From Podarcis pityusensis (Eukaryota), in assembly GCA_964106645.2 (NCBI GenBank), contig OZ067041.1: a stretch of 64,000 nucleotides of DNA; one strand, written 5' to 3'. Positions 25,317 to 39,108 of this stretch are shown in pieces (position 1 is the first letter of the stretch; the number at the start of each line of letters is the position of its first letter). The notes below the pieces were generated by a model, which did no database searches, was not told where the DNA came from, and was given only the letters and a program-made list of their open reading frames with translations. The position numbers were made by a program, and so were the translations under genes.

Positions 25317-27009
25317 TCAAATGTTGTGAGAAGATTTCTCAGTGAAGAGTGATGTGGTGGAGCACTACAATATTCTGCATCAGTTGTCTTTCCCTTGTTG
25401 GCCTTAATTACAAGAAGTCTGAAGTTACTAAAGAAAATCATGATCTTGCTCACTTGGGTCAGATCTAAGTGACTGTAGGAACTGCAGAATTTGAGTCCAG
25501 AAAAACTGTGTTAAAGCCCCCAAAGTACCAGTAATCTAGAAGCCACAAGGTCCTACATGAAGTTCCAGTGTAAGTAAGTTCAAAGTGCAGTAACATACTG
25601 AGTGGGAACTAGGGAGAAACACAAGTGGTACATGCCTCTTTCAGATGTGCACAGTCAAAGGAAGCCTGTCTATATTATAACAACTATTTTGAGTCATTCT
25701 ATTAAATGTCCGTATGCATAAAACCCAGCCAATTAAAAGTTCATCTGTTTGTAGAGGTTGATTATTCTTAGCATTGGCATTTGGCTTATATTGTACTGTA
25801 CTTTGGAAAGAGAACTTGTGAATGTAACAGAAGATCAGAACATGGCCATATCCTGGTAAAAATGTTAAGGCATACAAAACATGGAAGCATGTCTCAATCT
25901 AATATTTCAAAACACAAGCAATTAAACTTCTTTCAAATGCACCAACTTTCCTTTTTTTTTAATATCTGACCCATAGATGACCTCTATAAAGAATGCAGGC
26001 GAAGTGAAAAAAATTTAAGTACAGTGTTGGATACATGCAGTTTGAGGCTTAAAAGTAAATGCATATGCTATTGAAGGCAGCTGAACTTGACCTGGAATAT
26101 AAAATGATTTTTTTATTCAAAGTATAGTTATTATGTTGGTACAGTTGATATCTTGAAAGACCAGTTTCCTCTATAAAGTGAGCTACTTGGTGGTTGTTTT
26201 TTAAAAAGATACATTTCCAACTTATCTAGAGTCCCACGAGATTCAAAGTAGATTGTCAATCCTAGGAATAAAAGCACTTGGCAAAATAACTTCATTCTTG
26301 GTGAAAGAGCAGGGAATTAAACGAACATACCCATATTGTAATCAGTATAGGAATATATAATTATCTTTATGAAACAGTTGCTTTTTTCTGAAAGATTATT
26401 GAAATGTATTTCATTACAAAATTTGTGGTAAAAATTTTAGGACTCACTGTTTCTTTAGCTAACTGAATGCCTGTAAGGACAATTCGCACTGTGCCTTGAG
26501 AGGTGAAGCTTTAACCAACCTCATTCATAACATAGTATATGTAAAGACAGAGCATTCAGATTCAAAATAAGATCCAAACAAATATTTTCTTGAATAAATC
26601 AATATGCAAATTTTCATTTCATGAAAGGTCACATGTCAAGAGACTTTGCTAACCACAGATATTTTGGAGACATTTATTTGGGTGGAGTGTATGTTTCAAA
26701 GCATTGAATGATGGTGTGTGAGTTATCACAATTTTAGGCATTTCAACTTGTTGATCAGGTTCACGTTGTTACCTCTTCTCATCCATAAAACAAGCGTATT
26801 TCAGTGTTAAAACAAAAGTTCCATAATCAAATCTAGCCAAACCGGGGGGGGGGGGGGGGAGGATGGAATTATGATCTCACACAAACATGCTTGTACACTA
26901 AAACTATCATTTAGTGTATTGGACACCAAAGTATGTGTTTAACCTTTGCATGCATTTGAGGTTATTGACTTGGATCCAGATTTTTGTTGAGCCATAGGTA
27001 TTACTTAAT

Positions 27010-27430
27010 CTACACTTATTAATTGCCTTCTAAACCACCATCTCAGTGGTTTACACAGAATAATTTAAAGCAGTTAAAAACACAAAAAGAGAAAATACAG
27101 TTAAGACAATACTAAAACCCTAACAAGTGGACCCTCATAGCAAAGCCCCAGCTGGGAGAGCCTGCTGGAACAAAAATGGCTTCAGCCATTTCTGGTAAGT
27201 GCAGATAGCTGCCACCTGTCATATCTCAACAGGAATGCTGTTTCACAGAAGAGGCAGCCACAATAAGAGCTCTGCTCTGAGTTAATGTGGAGCAGGCTTC
27301 TGAAATCCTTGGAACTTGTAGGAGGAACTCTAATCTACTGGCTGTATGTAAGTTAAGGCAGTTTCTCAAGTAACCTGGTCCTGAGCTGTATAGGGACTTG
27401 TATGTCAATACCGACACCTTGAACTTGGCA
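27010..27430 (-). mobile_element. Degraded L2 3' end within the putative ZNF654 3' UTR
   Basis: Minus ORF VLTYKSLYSSGPGYLRNCL resembles the L2 ORF2 C-terminus. Confidence 0.65.
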
Positions 27431-30400
27431 GCAATTGCCTACTTTTCCTTATGCCAGTGGGAACTCTGGATCAGAGGTCTTTGAAGGAACCGTTTTGCAG
27501 AAGGCTTAGTTTGTATTCTGCCCACTGTCAAAGCTGCTCTAGACTATACTAAAATAGCAAAATTCAATCCCAATATAATCCAGATTATAATAGCAGATTT
27601 CTGTTATGTATAAATTATAAAATATTACTTTGCATGGAAATAACTCTCATAGCACATTACACAAATGCCATACCTGGGTTCTCTGCTTTTTACCACTTGA
27701 GATCCAATATAACATTTTTTGTTTTGTTTCTGTGTACCCTGGCACCTGTAAGTGTTTAGTAGTTTACATTAAATGGGAGTCATTAACAAATTTTGGAATT
27801 TAACTGTGATTTAGCTGGAATCTGCTTGATACCATTACTAGATTAGTAAATATTTTTTTCCTATCATTGGAATATTAAAAGTGGAAGTTCTCATAAATGG
27901 CATTTAATTCAGTGGATTTCTGTCAAAATGAAGATAATGACCAAGGAACATAGCAAGAGTCCACAAGAGGTTGTTTTTCAACAGCTGGTAATTCAGAAGC
28001 ATGTTGCCTTTGATTCTGGACGTGGTATATAGCCATCATGACTAGTGGCCATAACACTTTCAGTTTTCAATAGTATTCATATTCAGGTAGTCCTAGCCTT
28101 GTGTGTATTGGCTTTTTTATTTATTTCTAGTTACATTGCTAAATTTGAATGGAAGAGTATTAGCGCTGTTCAAAAACCTGCTTCAGTGGCATCACACTGA
28201 GTATCTTAAAAAAAATAAAATTATTATGCACTATATAATCGTTGCTTTAAAAGACAACTGGGTTTTGCAGTGCTTTCCCTCCAGTTTATGTGGATATTGT
28301 AGCTGTGATACTTTATCTGCTCTGCTGTTTTGTTTTGTTTTTTTTTGGATGTGGACAACAATCTTGGACACCTCTTTAGTTTGAAATTGTTTATTTTCTG
28401 TATATCACCATATATTGGGTATTCAAAATTTGGCTTCCTCAGGAATGATTTCCTTTTTGAAGTTGATGAATTATTTTCTAAAGTGTAGAAAATCAGTCAA
28501 AATAGCTGTAGGAAACATTTTGTAAAAAAGAAAAATTACCCTTCTCTTAAATGTTTACTTTGCCTGTTGTATCAAACCATTTTAAAAAGAAATTTTTAAA
28601 ATGAATATACCATTACTTTTCAGTTATTATCTGATCTCTTTGCTATGCCACCACACAAATGCTTTGGATATGTTTTAGTACTAGGACAGCATGCCATTGC
28701 ATTGCAAAAAGGACGGGTCTGCTGGCAGGTATCTGAATATTTGGGATTTCAGGCACCTTAAAACAGGAATGCTTAAAAATCACGATTGCAAACCCAATCC
28801 GTGTGGCTTTTAAAGAATAAGTTTACCGTAAACAGTGGCCAGAATCTAGCAAACCCACTAACTGCAAAATGCTGAGAGAGCAAGAGAGCTCAGGATAACT
28901 TTCTGATTTAGGGCTCAGGTTACAAAACCCAATCTTAGGTTTTGGCTGTTTGTAGGCTGCCGCTGTTAAACTCAATACAGGGAATGGGAAACTTCAACCA
29001 ACCAACCACCTGCATGCCCCTGGTGAACTTCTTGATTGTTCTGGGAAATAATTGGGATCCCTTTTCTTGTTAACATAGAACCAGCTTTAGATGTACAAAG
29101 ACTGAAGCTGCCGGGACCATATGGGGAGGATTCCCCCCCACCCTCCGTGATCCCGTTCAGTCTTCCTTGTTTCAGATTTTTGGCCCAAGGTTTGTTGGAT
29201 AGTGGAGATTTGCTAATTCAGATAACGCAGTGATAAAGTTATTGAGATGCAAACCCCTAGGGGCAAATATTTGAACTTTGTGTGCTTAAAACTGTTACAT
29301 ATGGATAGTCTGCATTCTAAGTAACTGAAATAAGAAAAACCATCGAACAATTATTAATGGATGGTGTTCCATCTGTCTGTCTGTCCACAGGACTGTATTT
29401 CTCCAGCTGTTAATGCCCCCCACCTCCAAAAGGGACAGCACAATAGATAGTTGTTGTGAAGGGTTTACCCAGAGAAATGTGCTGTGACAGGTGTTAGTCC
29501 CTTTCCATCTCTTCCTTACCCTAATGTCAAGAGAAAAAGAATGCCCACAGCCATGGAAGTGTTACTGAACTCATGACTATCTTCTTGTCTTAAGATTTAA
29601 AGGCTAGAAAACATCACAGTGCTGTGTGTTCTATGTTTCACCAGCTGGTGGCAATATTGGCAATCTCCGCTTGCCCCAATTAGGGTGACAAATACAGATT
29701 TCATGGCTGACCATGTTTTCTAATTGAATGCCCAGTATCTAACTATGCTATCATATGGGAAAACTCTATTATTTTCAAGCATTTCTGTTTATTCTGACCC
29801 TCAGTTACATATCTGATTATCAGTTGTTCTTTATTTTTTAGAATAACTCTTAGTGCCTAAAAGGGTTCTAAACAATACCCAACTGTTGGCTGTGTTTTCC
29901 AGATCAGTTTCTTTAGGATTTGAAATACACTTAAAAAGGATGTTCACAGGTTTGTTACTATATAAATTTGGTTCATTTTAAAGGATATGTAAAAATCTAA
30001 TTGTATTATTTTCTGGGTAACCTTCCTCTACAACCAGTTTTCTAGAAAAAGTTGGAAATAGGATATCTGTGGGAAAGGTCACTGGTACTTTGGTTATTTA
30101 GCCATATTCGTTAAACATCTATAAATTGTATAGTTCGGATCATGTATAACAAGAAGGTTCGGCGATACTCTTTGTTTAACACCAAGGGGTAGGATGAAAC
30201 ACTTAAAAGGGGTGTTTTTTTATTTATTTTGTACTGTATAACACTTTGATTAAATGCAGTGTGTGCATTTTGAGACTCTTACTTTGTAAAAGCTATTACA
30301 GATTCACCAAGAAAGGAAATTTGTGCTTCCTTCTTGAATGTTAAATTATTTTATTTTGCATTTTATATGAATACAAATTAAAACTGAGCCATCAAACTGC

Positions 30401-30464
30401 AATAAATCAACAGTAGTGTTTCCATTTTAAACTTTTTGTATTGTAAATAGAATTGTTCAATAAA
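30401..30464 (+). terminator. Tandem polyadenylation signals (distal ZNF654 end)
   Basis: AATAAA at 30401-30406 and 30459-30464; TGTA motifs between them; T/GT-rich downstream. Confidence 0.6.
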
Positions 30465-31417
30465 ATATTGTCTGTTATTAAAGATGATTTTTATGGTGTC
30501 TGGGATTCTACCTAGGAAATATTTGACAAGTAGATACATCATTGCTTTACAACTTCTAGACTACACAACATTACATTTTGTATAGCAGCCATACAAAGCA
30601 AATGATTAAGGCCATCAAGCAAATGATACTGCTAAAGTAAATATGGTCTAATATGCCAAGTGGCAATGGAACACAGTGACAAAGTTGAAACATTGCAGAG
30701 TTAAGCTGGCTTTTCTTAGTTGATCAGGGTTTGGCCAGGTTTGAAAACTCCCTTGGCAATAGACTCAAAAGCATGGGGAAATATTAAAGTAACAGGGCAT
30801 GCAAATAGTTAACCTTTTTTATATTCTACGATTCCCATTTAAATATTTACCCACAGAGCCACCCATGTTTGTTATGGCTGCTTTTTTGCCACTACCAACA
30901 TCTTTGCAGATCAGCTAAGGTTTCTGACTCCCAAATATTTAACAGTAGCTAAAATGAAGACGGTTAACAATGTGTGGACTTTAGTGCGATTTCAGTTCAG
31001 GTAAAGACAAGTGCCTCAGATACATTCTATTTTGATTGTTATCTGCATTTTTCCACCTTGCTCTGGGTGGGAGATTTTGGGGTTCTAGTAAAGTAGACCC
31101 AGCAATCCTGAAGCCTGCCAACCCCCGCTTTGTACTACCGAAGTGGCACCATCTAGGCACAAGAGGGAGAGGTTTTCGTAGGTTTGGAGGAGCCCAACCT
31201 TTTAAGAAGTACAGTACAGGATACTCCTGGGGAAACTAAAACTAAAAAAAAAAAAAAAGCCCAGTGAAGCCTCAGCAAGTTACGGGGTGGGGGGATGAAT
31301 GAAGGATCCTAGAAAAAGGCATGGCTGGAATCCTAAATGCTGCCACATATTGAGTTGTTTTGCGGGATTTTATGTTTAGAGAAGTTTTTTTTTATATTTG
31401 ATGCTCCTAATATTTCG

Positions 31418-31443
31418 TTGGGAGCCGCCCAGAGTGGCTGGGA

Positions 31444-31475
<32 letters not shown>
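31418..31475 (+). repeat. Short L2-tail fragment plus (AAT)n microsatellite
   Basis: gggagccgcccagagtggctgggga matches the reverse complement of the L2 tail at ~12380-12410. Confidence 0.7.
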
Positions 31476-31477
<2 letters not shown>

Positions 31478-31479
31478 GT

Positions 31480-32460
31480 GTTTTGCTGGCCGCACTAGCA
31501 CTGGGCCTAGAGAGCAGCCTTTTCCCTCAGCGCCCTTTCGTTGCGTATCACAGCAGACAGGCGGCAGCCACTCTCTTCCAACGGCCAAAACTTGGCTAAG
31601 GTATGCTTGGGGAGATCCCCCTTATTAGATGAGGCCTCAGAAGACAACGGAACCAATGCAGCCCCCTCCGCGTTCCAAGCCGAACCCGTTCAGGCCGCGC
31701 TCGCGTCGCGCGAAGCGTCGAGGGGGCGGGGCCGGAGGCTGCTCGCAGCAACACCCGAGCGGCGGAAGCACGTTGACCCTTGAGCCTGTCGGTTGCCAAG
31801 GTTTCCTGTGGCGGGGGGGGGGGAGAAGAGGGGGGGCGCTGGCGGCTTCGGGGGGGGGGGCTCTGCCTGCGCTCCTCACCTCGCGCCACCAAGAGGCGAC
31901 GCCGCCGCCGGCCGCCACCACCACCATGGCTTCGGCCTGGGCGGGGTTGACTGAGCGCGAGCGGGACGGCTGCCGGGAGCTCCTGGATCTTCTCCACACG
32001 GACGACCTGCTGTCGCTGACGGACACGGTGACTAACCGCCTCGTGCAGCCAGACGACCGCCAAGGTATTGGGGCGGGGGGGGGGGAGTACGCGGAAGGGG
32101 TCTGCGGACTTCAAGAGGGGTGGGGGGGAGTAGAAGTGGAGCCTTGTGGGTCTCACTCCGGAGCGGACTCTCATCTTCTAGCTTAGTCAATGCAGAGACT
32201 GTGGCCAGAAATGGGCGAAAGCGGGGCGGAGACCTTGAGTCCCTGTCAGGGGGAAAAGGCGAGGTTTCAGTAAACAAACAATAACAATAATCGCTTTTTC
32301 GAACATAAGCGCCTATAGAGAGCCTCGAGGGGAAATGTTCGAACCGAATGGAAAAACAATAATACTGCATAATTTTGGTATTTCTAAGAGACGGGGGGGG
32401 GGGGAGGAGAGGATGAGGACAAGAATGAACGATCGGGTTAGTATTTTGGAGTTTGTTTTT
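31480..32460 (+). promoter_or_regulatory. CpG-island promoter of C3orf38
   Basis: GC/CpG-rich; GGGGCGGGGC box at ~31723; GCGGAAG ETS-like site at ~31762; strong Kozak (gccaccaccaccATGG). Confidence 0.8.
31926..32064 (+). CDS. C3orf38: C3orf38 homolog exon 1 ([20 protein letters not shown]...[14 protein letters not shown])
   Basis: Kozak ATG at 31926; CAAG|GTATTG donor; matches recalled motif [10 protein letters not shown]; 139 nt. Confidence 0.92.
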
Positions 32461-34187
32461 AAGCTACTTCATTTCTCTCCACACACACATCGTCCTAACT
32501 TTGTTTTTTAAAAAACACACCGCCAGCGATTTGAAAACAAGTGCAGATATTTGTATGCTGTTTTGTGACAGTAGGTCTTCGGGTTGTAGGAACAAAACTG
32601 ATAATCTGCTCCAAGTGTGACTTAACTCTTTGGCTCATAGAACTGCAGAGAAAACAGCAGGCAGAGTTCACTTAACAAGTCTTCGGACTTCAGGAGCTGT
32701 GTTGTCGTTGTGCACTGTTTTAAGGGGGCACAGTTGCAAAAGAATGTATTTGGAAGGGGGGGGGTCCTTAAACTTCATTAACTGAAATCCGTAATCTTTT
32801 TTAATCCTTAACAAATCCATCTGAAGATTCTAGCTGCCAGGAACAGACCTGTCTGCTCTCTTGGTCCAGAGTTTGTCACCCGTCCGGCTTCCAGATCTGA
32901 ATGAAGAGGTTTATATTTGTAAGCCATTCCAGGAGCCTTTTTCACTAACATTTAGTGGGTGTTAGAAATAAATTTGTTTGACCAGAAAATATGTCCAGAC
33001 AAAAATGCATGCTGTCATGTTATCTATAATTTTTTGTTTTATTTTGTAAAATAGGGATTTTTAGGATCTTCTGACAGCGTATGTTTGTTAAAGACTATTT
33101 GCCAGTTAAATATGATACTGGCATATTAAATTCATGTGTCTTTGATGAGACCAAAATAAAGAAGTACTTTATATTTCTAATATGCCTTTAAAAATAGCTT
33201 GCAGTTTGGGTCTTTTACTATTATTTTAACTGTGTTCAGATATAGGAGCCATTATGAGAAAATCGCTTTGTGTTGTTTCCTATTGTTACTTGGCTGGTGA
33301 TTTCATACAGCTGCATGAGTAGTAGTGTCATATGATAAAAGGTAATGCTTATTTGTAGGTAGATAGAAGTTGAAGTATGTGGTTACTGTGTGGAGTTAGT
33401 AGTGGTCATGGCTTCTGCAGCCCCACAGGTGGGACACTGAAAAAAATTAGGGGAGCTTCTAAAAGTTTTCGAAGCCTGTTCTTGCCATTGAGAAGGAGGC
33501 ATTAGTGACTCAGTGTCGTGAGTCAAGAGGCAGCTTCCATTCTGCTTGGTTGTCTTCTGACCACCAGGACAGTGGCAGCTCTGCCTCTCCAATCCTCAAG
33601 TGGTATTGAACACTAGTCCTACTCATAGTAGATCCATTGAAGTCAATGGACATTAATTTCAGTGGGTCAACTCTGAGTAAGAATTGGTAGGATACAGCCC
33701 ATTGTTTGCAACTAAAAGAAAGTGTGTTCAACTGATCTGCCCTTGCCTCTTCCGTCCCTGTCTGAATTTAGTTTGTACGTATGTGGATTCTTGGCATAGG
33801 GGCTTCTTTGTGTTGCTGCCTATTGTTACATAACCAATATTTTCATACAGCTGCACATCTACCACATAACACAAATGCCCCAACTAATACCATACCATGT
33901 ACATGTGCAGTCACAGTACTATAAAAAGGAATTGCAGCTGTGTGTACATACATAATTTAAAATACAGTGATCTAGTGATGATTTTTTTACCTGGTGAAGA
34001 AATGGTTCTAAGACTCACTCTTACCAGGGAGCATTTAAAATTTCTGTAATTCTTAGTGTTGTATCCAGTGGACTTCTGCTTATGTAACAGAACTTAATTT
34101 TTTAAAGCTTCCTGAATGTTCTTTTAAATTGCTCTGGAGGGTTGGGCCTTCTGAAGACCAATTTTGAGGGCAGTTGCTGGACTATGG

Positions 34188-34892
34188 TAGAATCATAGAA
34201 TCATAGAATTATAGAGTTGGAAGAGACCACAAGGGCCATCGAGTCCAACCCCCTGCCAAGCAGGAAACACCATCAGAGCACTCCTGACATATGGTTGTCA
34301 AGCCTCTGCTTAAAGACCTTCAAAGAAGGAGACTCCACCACACTCCTTGGCAGCAAATTCCACTGTCGAACAGCTCTTACTGTCAGGAAGTTCTTCCTAA
34401 TGTTTAGGTGGAATCTTCTTTCTTGTACTTTGGATCCATTGCTCCGTGTCCGCTTCTCTGGAGCAGCAGAAAACAACCTTTCTCCCTCCTCTATGTGACA
34501 TCCTTTTATATATTTGAACATGGCTATCATATCACCCCTTAACCTCCTCTTCTCCACGCTAAACATGCCCAGCTCCCTTAGCCGTTCCTCATAAGGCATC
34601 GTTTCCAGGCCTTTGACCATTTTGGTTGCCCTCCTCTGGACACGTTCCAGTTTGTCAGTGTCCTTCTTGAACAGTGGTGCCCAGAACTGGACTCAGTACT
34701 CCAGGTGAGGTCTGACCAGAGCAGAATACAGTGGCACTATTACTTCCCTTGATCTAGATGCTATACTCCTATTGATGCAGCCCAGGATTGCATTGGCTTT
34801 TTTAGCTGCTGCGTCACACTGTTGGCTCATGTCAAGTTTGTGGTCAACCAAGACTCCTAGATCCTTTTCACATGTACTGCTCTCAAGCCAGG
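34188..34892 (-). mobile_element. Young 5'-truncated CR1 LINE (ORF2 C-terminus)
   Basis: EKDLGVLVD...[12 protein letters not shown]...RRLRGDMI...FKQRLD with one in-frame stop; (ATTCTATG)n tail. Confidence 0.95.
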
Positions 34893-35881
34893 GAAGCAGA
34901 AGAAAGGGAAGCAGAAGAAAGTGAAGTCCCATTGTGTGAACAGAAGCCAGCTTCCACAACATTGGGTTCTTTGCTTACTCAGCAGTGATCAAATACATGT
35001 GATTGCAGCAATAATTTATAATAAAGAACTGAGCCTACAGAAAGATGATACCAATGAAGGTGTTCAATTTAAGTTTAGCACTTTGTTCTGCCTATAAACT
35101 AGAATGCTTGTAGAACACTAGAATCCTATGTTGTGTTTTAATTGTGGGATGTGTTATGTTTTTGGGAAAAAAGAAATCCTACACGAACTTGTCAGTATTC
35201 TACTATTCTGAGCATCTGACTAGATTGTCCAACTTTCATCTCTTCCCATCTTCCATCAGTGCCCAGGGGAAAGGCTACTCTGCTTTGGAACACAGTGAAG
35301 TAAAGTTATAGCTCCAAGTGGGAGGTGGGAATTAAAATAAGAACATTTATGTGCTTATCTGAGAAGGTATTTGGGGAGTACATAGCCGGCTTTTTAGTAC
35401 TTATAGCCTTTGGAAGGTGCTCTGATTCAGTTTAAAATTTAAGAAGCCAAACTAAAGAAAGTTATAAGACTTTAAATAAATTAAATATTTGAAGTGTAAA
35501 TGGTAGAGGTTTGCTGTGAGCACAAGTTGCACCTTATATTTGTAGCATTTGGAAGCAACTCAAAACTGTTTTGGATCCACTCATTTCCTTCTCTAGTTTT
35601 TTGGCGATCCAATGACTTTGGGAGAAGGAGAGCTTTCCTGCTAGGTGATTTACTTTATCTTTGTTATACTGGCAAAGGCATTTTTTCTCACCCCTCCACC
35701 ACCTCCTTCCTAGAAGTACACTCTGTGAAATAAGAGACAACACTATGATTTTTTATTGTTAGGAAAAGAATGGTTGGGAAATAAGTCTAACTCCATCGCT
35801 TATGCCCTGCTTTCACATCCAGAATGATGACCTAAGTAAAGAAAACCATTCCTCTCTCAAATCACTGTGATTGGAGTACAC

Positions 35882-36116
35882 CAGGGGTGTCCAAACTTTT
35901 TTCAAAGTGGGCGAGATTTGATGAAGTGAACATGCATGAGGGCCAACCAAAGCTTTTTTTACAAGTTTACCCTACAATGGTTGAACTTTGTTTAGGATTG
36001 AAATTGATGAGTTTTTAAAAAAAGATTTTACCCCAGAACATATACTGCCATGGGGGCTGGATTAAATCGACTGGCGGGCTGGATTAGACCCCCGAAATGG
36101 ACTTTGGACATGCCTG
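35882..36116. mobile_element. Non-autonomous hAT element
   Basis: caggggtgtccaaa / tttggacatgcctg termini; 8-bp TSD gagtacac / gagcacac (1 mismatch). Confidence 0.75.
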
Positions 36117-36624
36117 GAGCACACTGAGAAAATTATCTACTGTGATTAAATGCTAGTCCTGTCAGTCAAAATGAAATATTATTCCACCTCCCCTCCCCTC
36201 TCCTTTGCGCATACACACCCTTTTAAATTCTGGGCATTTCCCCACTCAGCTTGGATTTGTATCTCAAAAGAAAAGTGAGGGATGTGTGTTTAATTTTATG
36301 GAAAAACACAGGCAACACTTACAAGTTTGGTGATTCCCTGTTTGCCCTTGATACACTTTGTTAAGCAGGCAGTCCAAGTTGGAAACATCAAAGTCTTCCT
36401 GAATCACCCCAATATGCATCATTATTTGAGATATACAGAGAGCTGATGCATATTCCTAGTAAATATGGGGGGAAATAACTTGTTGCATATATTGATCCTT
36501 GTAGTTGAACATCTTTAGGCAGACTTAATTACGATAAGGATTCTTCTGTTTTGATTGGTGAATAATTCTTGATTGAAACATGCATTTCCAATGGATCTCT
36601 TATTGGCTGTCAATGGCAAGCTGA

Positions 36625-36815
36625 AGGGTTGTCGCTATGTAGCAGAGCAGCTGCTTTGCATGCAGAAGATCCCAGGTTCAGGCCCCAGCGTCTCCAGGTG
36701 GGATAGGGAAAGACCCAGTCTGAAACCCTGGAGAGCTGCTGCTAGTCAGTGTAAATAATACTGAGCAAGATGGAGGAATGATCTGACCCAATATAAGGCA
36801 ACTAGCTTCCTATGG
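36625..36815 (+). mobile_element. Old tRNA-derived SINE
   Basis: tRNA-like head (agagcagctgctttgcatgcagaagatcccaggttca) and body; related reverse fragment near 59640-59730. Confidence 0.6.
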
Positions 36816-37174
36816 CACATGGAACTTGTTTTCTTGCCAACCAACATGTGACTTAATTACATTGGACCATGAACCTGTGTGGAAAAATATGTTTTGAATA
36901 GCAGTTGCCACTGAAGACAGGCTCAACAATATTTAGGCCTCTGTCTTCAGCAAGAACCATGCTGCCTTTTACCCATCAGAGTAAAGTTTCTTTGGCTTGG
37001 GAGAAGGGTATGAGGGAAGGAACACCAGTGGCAAAATTTGGCGTTTTTGAGAGACATAATAGCTCAAAAGGACCTTTTAATGGTTCTCAAGTGATTAAGA
37101 CTCAAGTTCCAGCTTTCTTTTGCAGAATGATAATTGGATTCAAGGAACACGCCTGTTTCTGATTTTATTTTCAG

Positions 37175-37395
37175 AAGCCATAAATGCCATCGTATTGTAC
37201 AGTCAAAGTGCTGAAGAGCTGCTGAAGAGAAAGAAGGTATTTCGAGAGGTAATCTTCAAGTATTTGGCAGCAAAAGGAGTCGTAGTGCCGCCTTCTTCTG
37301 AAAAACACCAACTTGTTGATCGTGCAAAGGAGTACTGGTGTGAACAGCTAAAAGATAATGGCTCAGAAGAAATCTATACTGAGCCTGATGTACAG
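37175..37395 (+). CDS. C3orf38: C3orf38 homolog exon 2 ([31 protein letters not shown]...)
   Basis: ttttcag| acceptor; CAG|GTGAGG donor; 221 nt. Confidence 0.93.
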
Positions 37396-38514
37396 GTGAG
37401 GTTTATTGTACATGTTTTATAAATTCAAAGCATTCTTTTTGGAAATTAGTTGCTTGTTCATGCTTTAATAAGTTGTTCACATTTGTCTTCTATGGAGGAG
37501 CAGGGGGCATATTCTTTCTGTTAGAAGTGTATCATGTGACAGCGTTTTTGTGCAACATAAGCATCGGACCTTCCTGTCTGTTCCTCACATGCTTTGAAGA
37601 TAGTAGAATAACAGGTGTCTAAATGAGAGAGGGTTCTGTGAGTGATTCCTACAGAAAGCAGGCCGATTTTGGAAGCCATATTCAGCACAACTGTTCTTTA
37701 GAGCAGAGATGGGGAACCTCTGACCATCTAGATGTCAAACCCCATTCATTCTCTGCAAGCTCCTACACATTTTTGAGGTGAGGCAACCAGAACCATAAAC
37801 AGTATTCGAAATGCACTCATGCCATAGATTTGCATCATGGCATTATTATATCAGCAGTTTTATTTTCAGTTCCTTCCTAATGATCCTTAGCATGGAATTT
37901 GATAAGAATTTACCTTTCTCACAGCTGCCACACACTGGGTCAGCATCTTCATTGAACTACCCAGAACTACTCCCAGGTTTTGTTCCAGGGTAGTCACTGC
38001 CAGTTCAGGCCCCATGAGTGTATATGTGAAATTAAGATGCATCCGTTTTCACTTGTTTATATTGATTTGCATTTGCCATTTTCCTGCTCATTCACTCAGT
38101 TTGGAGAGTACTATGTGTACATCTGATTTCCCCCTACTTCTTTTGCTGCCTTGAACATGGGGGAGGAGAGGAAGTAGAAGTCCTATTGTATGAAATCCAC
38201 TTCAGCATTTCATAGAACCCATGACTAATGAATGGTTCCTGTTTCCACAAAACAGAAATCTACAGAGGTTTTTTCTGCCTAATAAAGTGGATCCAAGTAA
38301 GCTGTCTATTCCACACATCTTTAGACAGCCCCTTCATTTGGTGTGCATAGTTCTGAACATTTTCAAAGCAGAAATTATGGCTGCATTAATTGTTGCATTC
38401 CATGTTAGTTGCAGTCGTAGGGTCCATTTCAACTTTGCTGAACAGTACCATGTGGAAAGGAATAAGTACATTTTGTTACTGCTTAAAAGTAAAAGTCCCT
38501 ACTTGGTTTTTCAG

Positions 38515-39108
38515 AAACCTGAAGAGGGAGGGAAGGAAGGAGGAGACAAGCAAGATCACAGCAAAGATTGCCACAGTCTGGGAGAGGAGTTTTGCCAGTG
38601 GTTCTTTGGAATTCTGAACTCTCAGAACCCGTTGGTTGGAGAACCACATGATGAATGGGGACCACAACATTTTTGGGATGATGTAATCCTAAAGTTTTGC
38701 TATAACACTTCAGAACAAAACATGGAAGAGTACTTGGGTGCAGAATTGGTTAGCCTTCGTTTACTGTCATTGGTGAAAGAAGAATACCTCTTCCTGAACC
38801 CGAACTTGGACGCTGGTGGGCTGAAGTGGACAGTTTCACGACATGGGTTAGTTGTGGTGGCAGTAGCAGGCACAGTTCATAGAAATACTTCTTGCTTGGG
38901 CATCTTTGAACAAATCTTTGGACTCATCCGATGCCCCTTTAGGGAGAATACGTGGAAAATCAAGTTTGTGAACCTAAAGATTGTTGGTCAGAATGCCATG
39001 GAACCTGGGACCCACTTAGAAAGACCTTGCATAAAATATGAGCAGGAAGAACTCCAGGAATTCTATGTTTCCAATGATCTTTCCTTGGTTGAGTCTCAAA
39101 AATCCTGA
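38515..39108 (+). CDS. C3orf38: C3orf38 homolog exon 3 ([10 protein letters not shown]...WGPQHFW...[23 protein letters not shown]); full protein 317 aa
   Basis: tttttcag| acceptor in frame with ORF 38221-39108; 594 nt including stop. Confidence 0.93.
   Translation, partial: KPEEGGKEGGDKQDHSKDCHSLGEEFCQWFFGILNSQNPLVGEPHDEWGPQHFWDDVILKFCYNTSEQNMEEYLGAELVSLRLLSLVKEEYLFLNPNLDAGGLKWTVSRHGLVVVAVAGTVHRNTSCLGIFEQIFGLIRCPFRENTWKIKFVNLKIVGQNAMEPGTHLERPCIKYEQEELQEFYVSNDLSLVESQKS

Larger units (their letters stand above)
25317..30485 (+). other. ZNF654: Probable long 3' UTR of ZNF654
   Basis: AU-rich sequence ending in tandem AATAAA at 30401 and 30459, with UGUA elements and a U/GU-rich downstream tract. 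Proximal AATAAA at 26267 and ~26593. Confidence 0.55.

Noticed and set aside
31629-31925. In-frame upstream ATGs for C3orf38
   Set aside because: Probably upstream of the TSS (GC box and ETS site lie downstream of them); ATG 31926 has an ideal Kozak and matches homologs.
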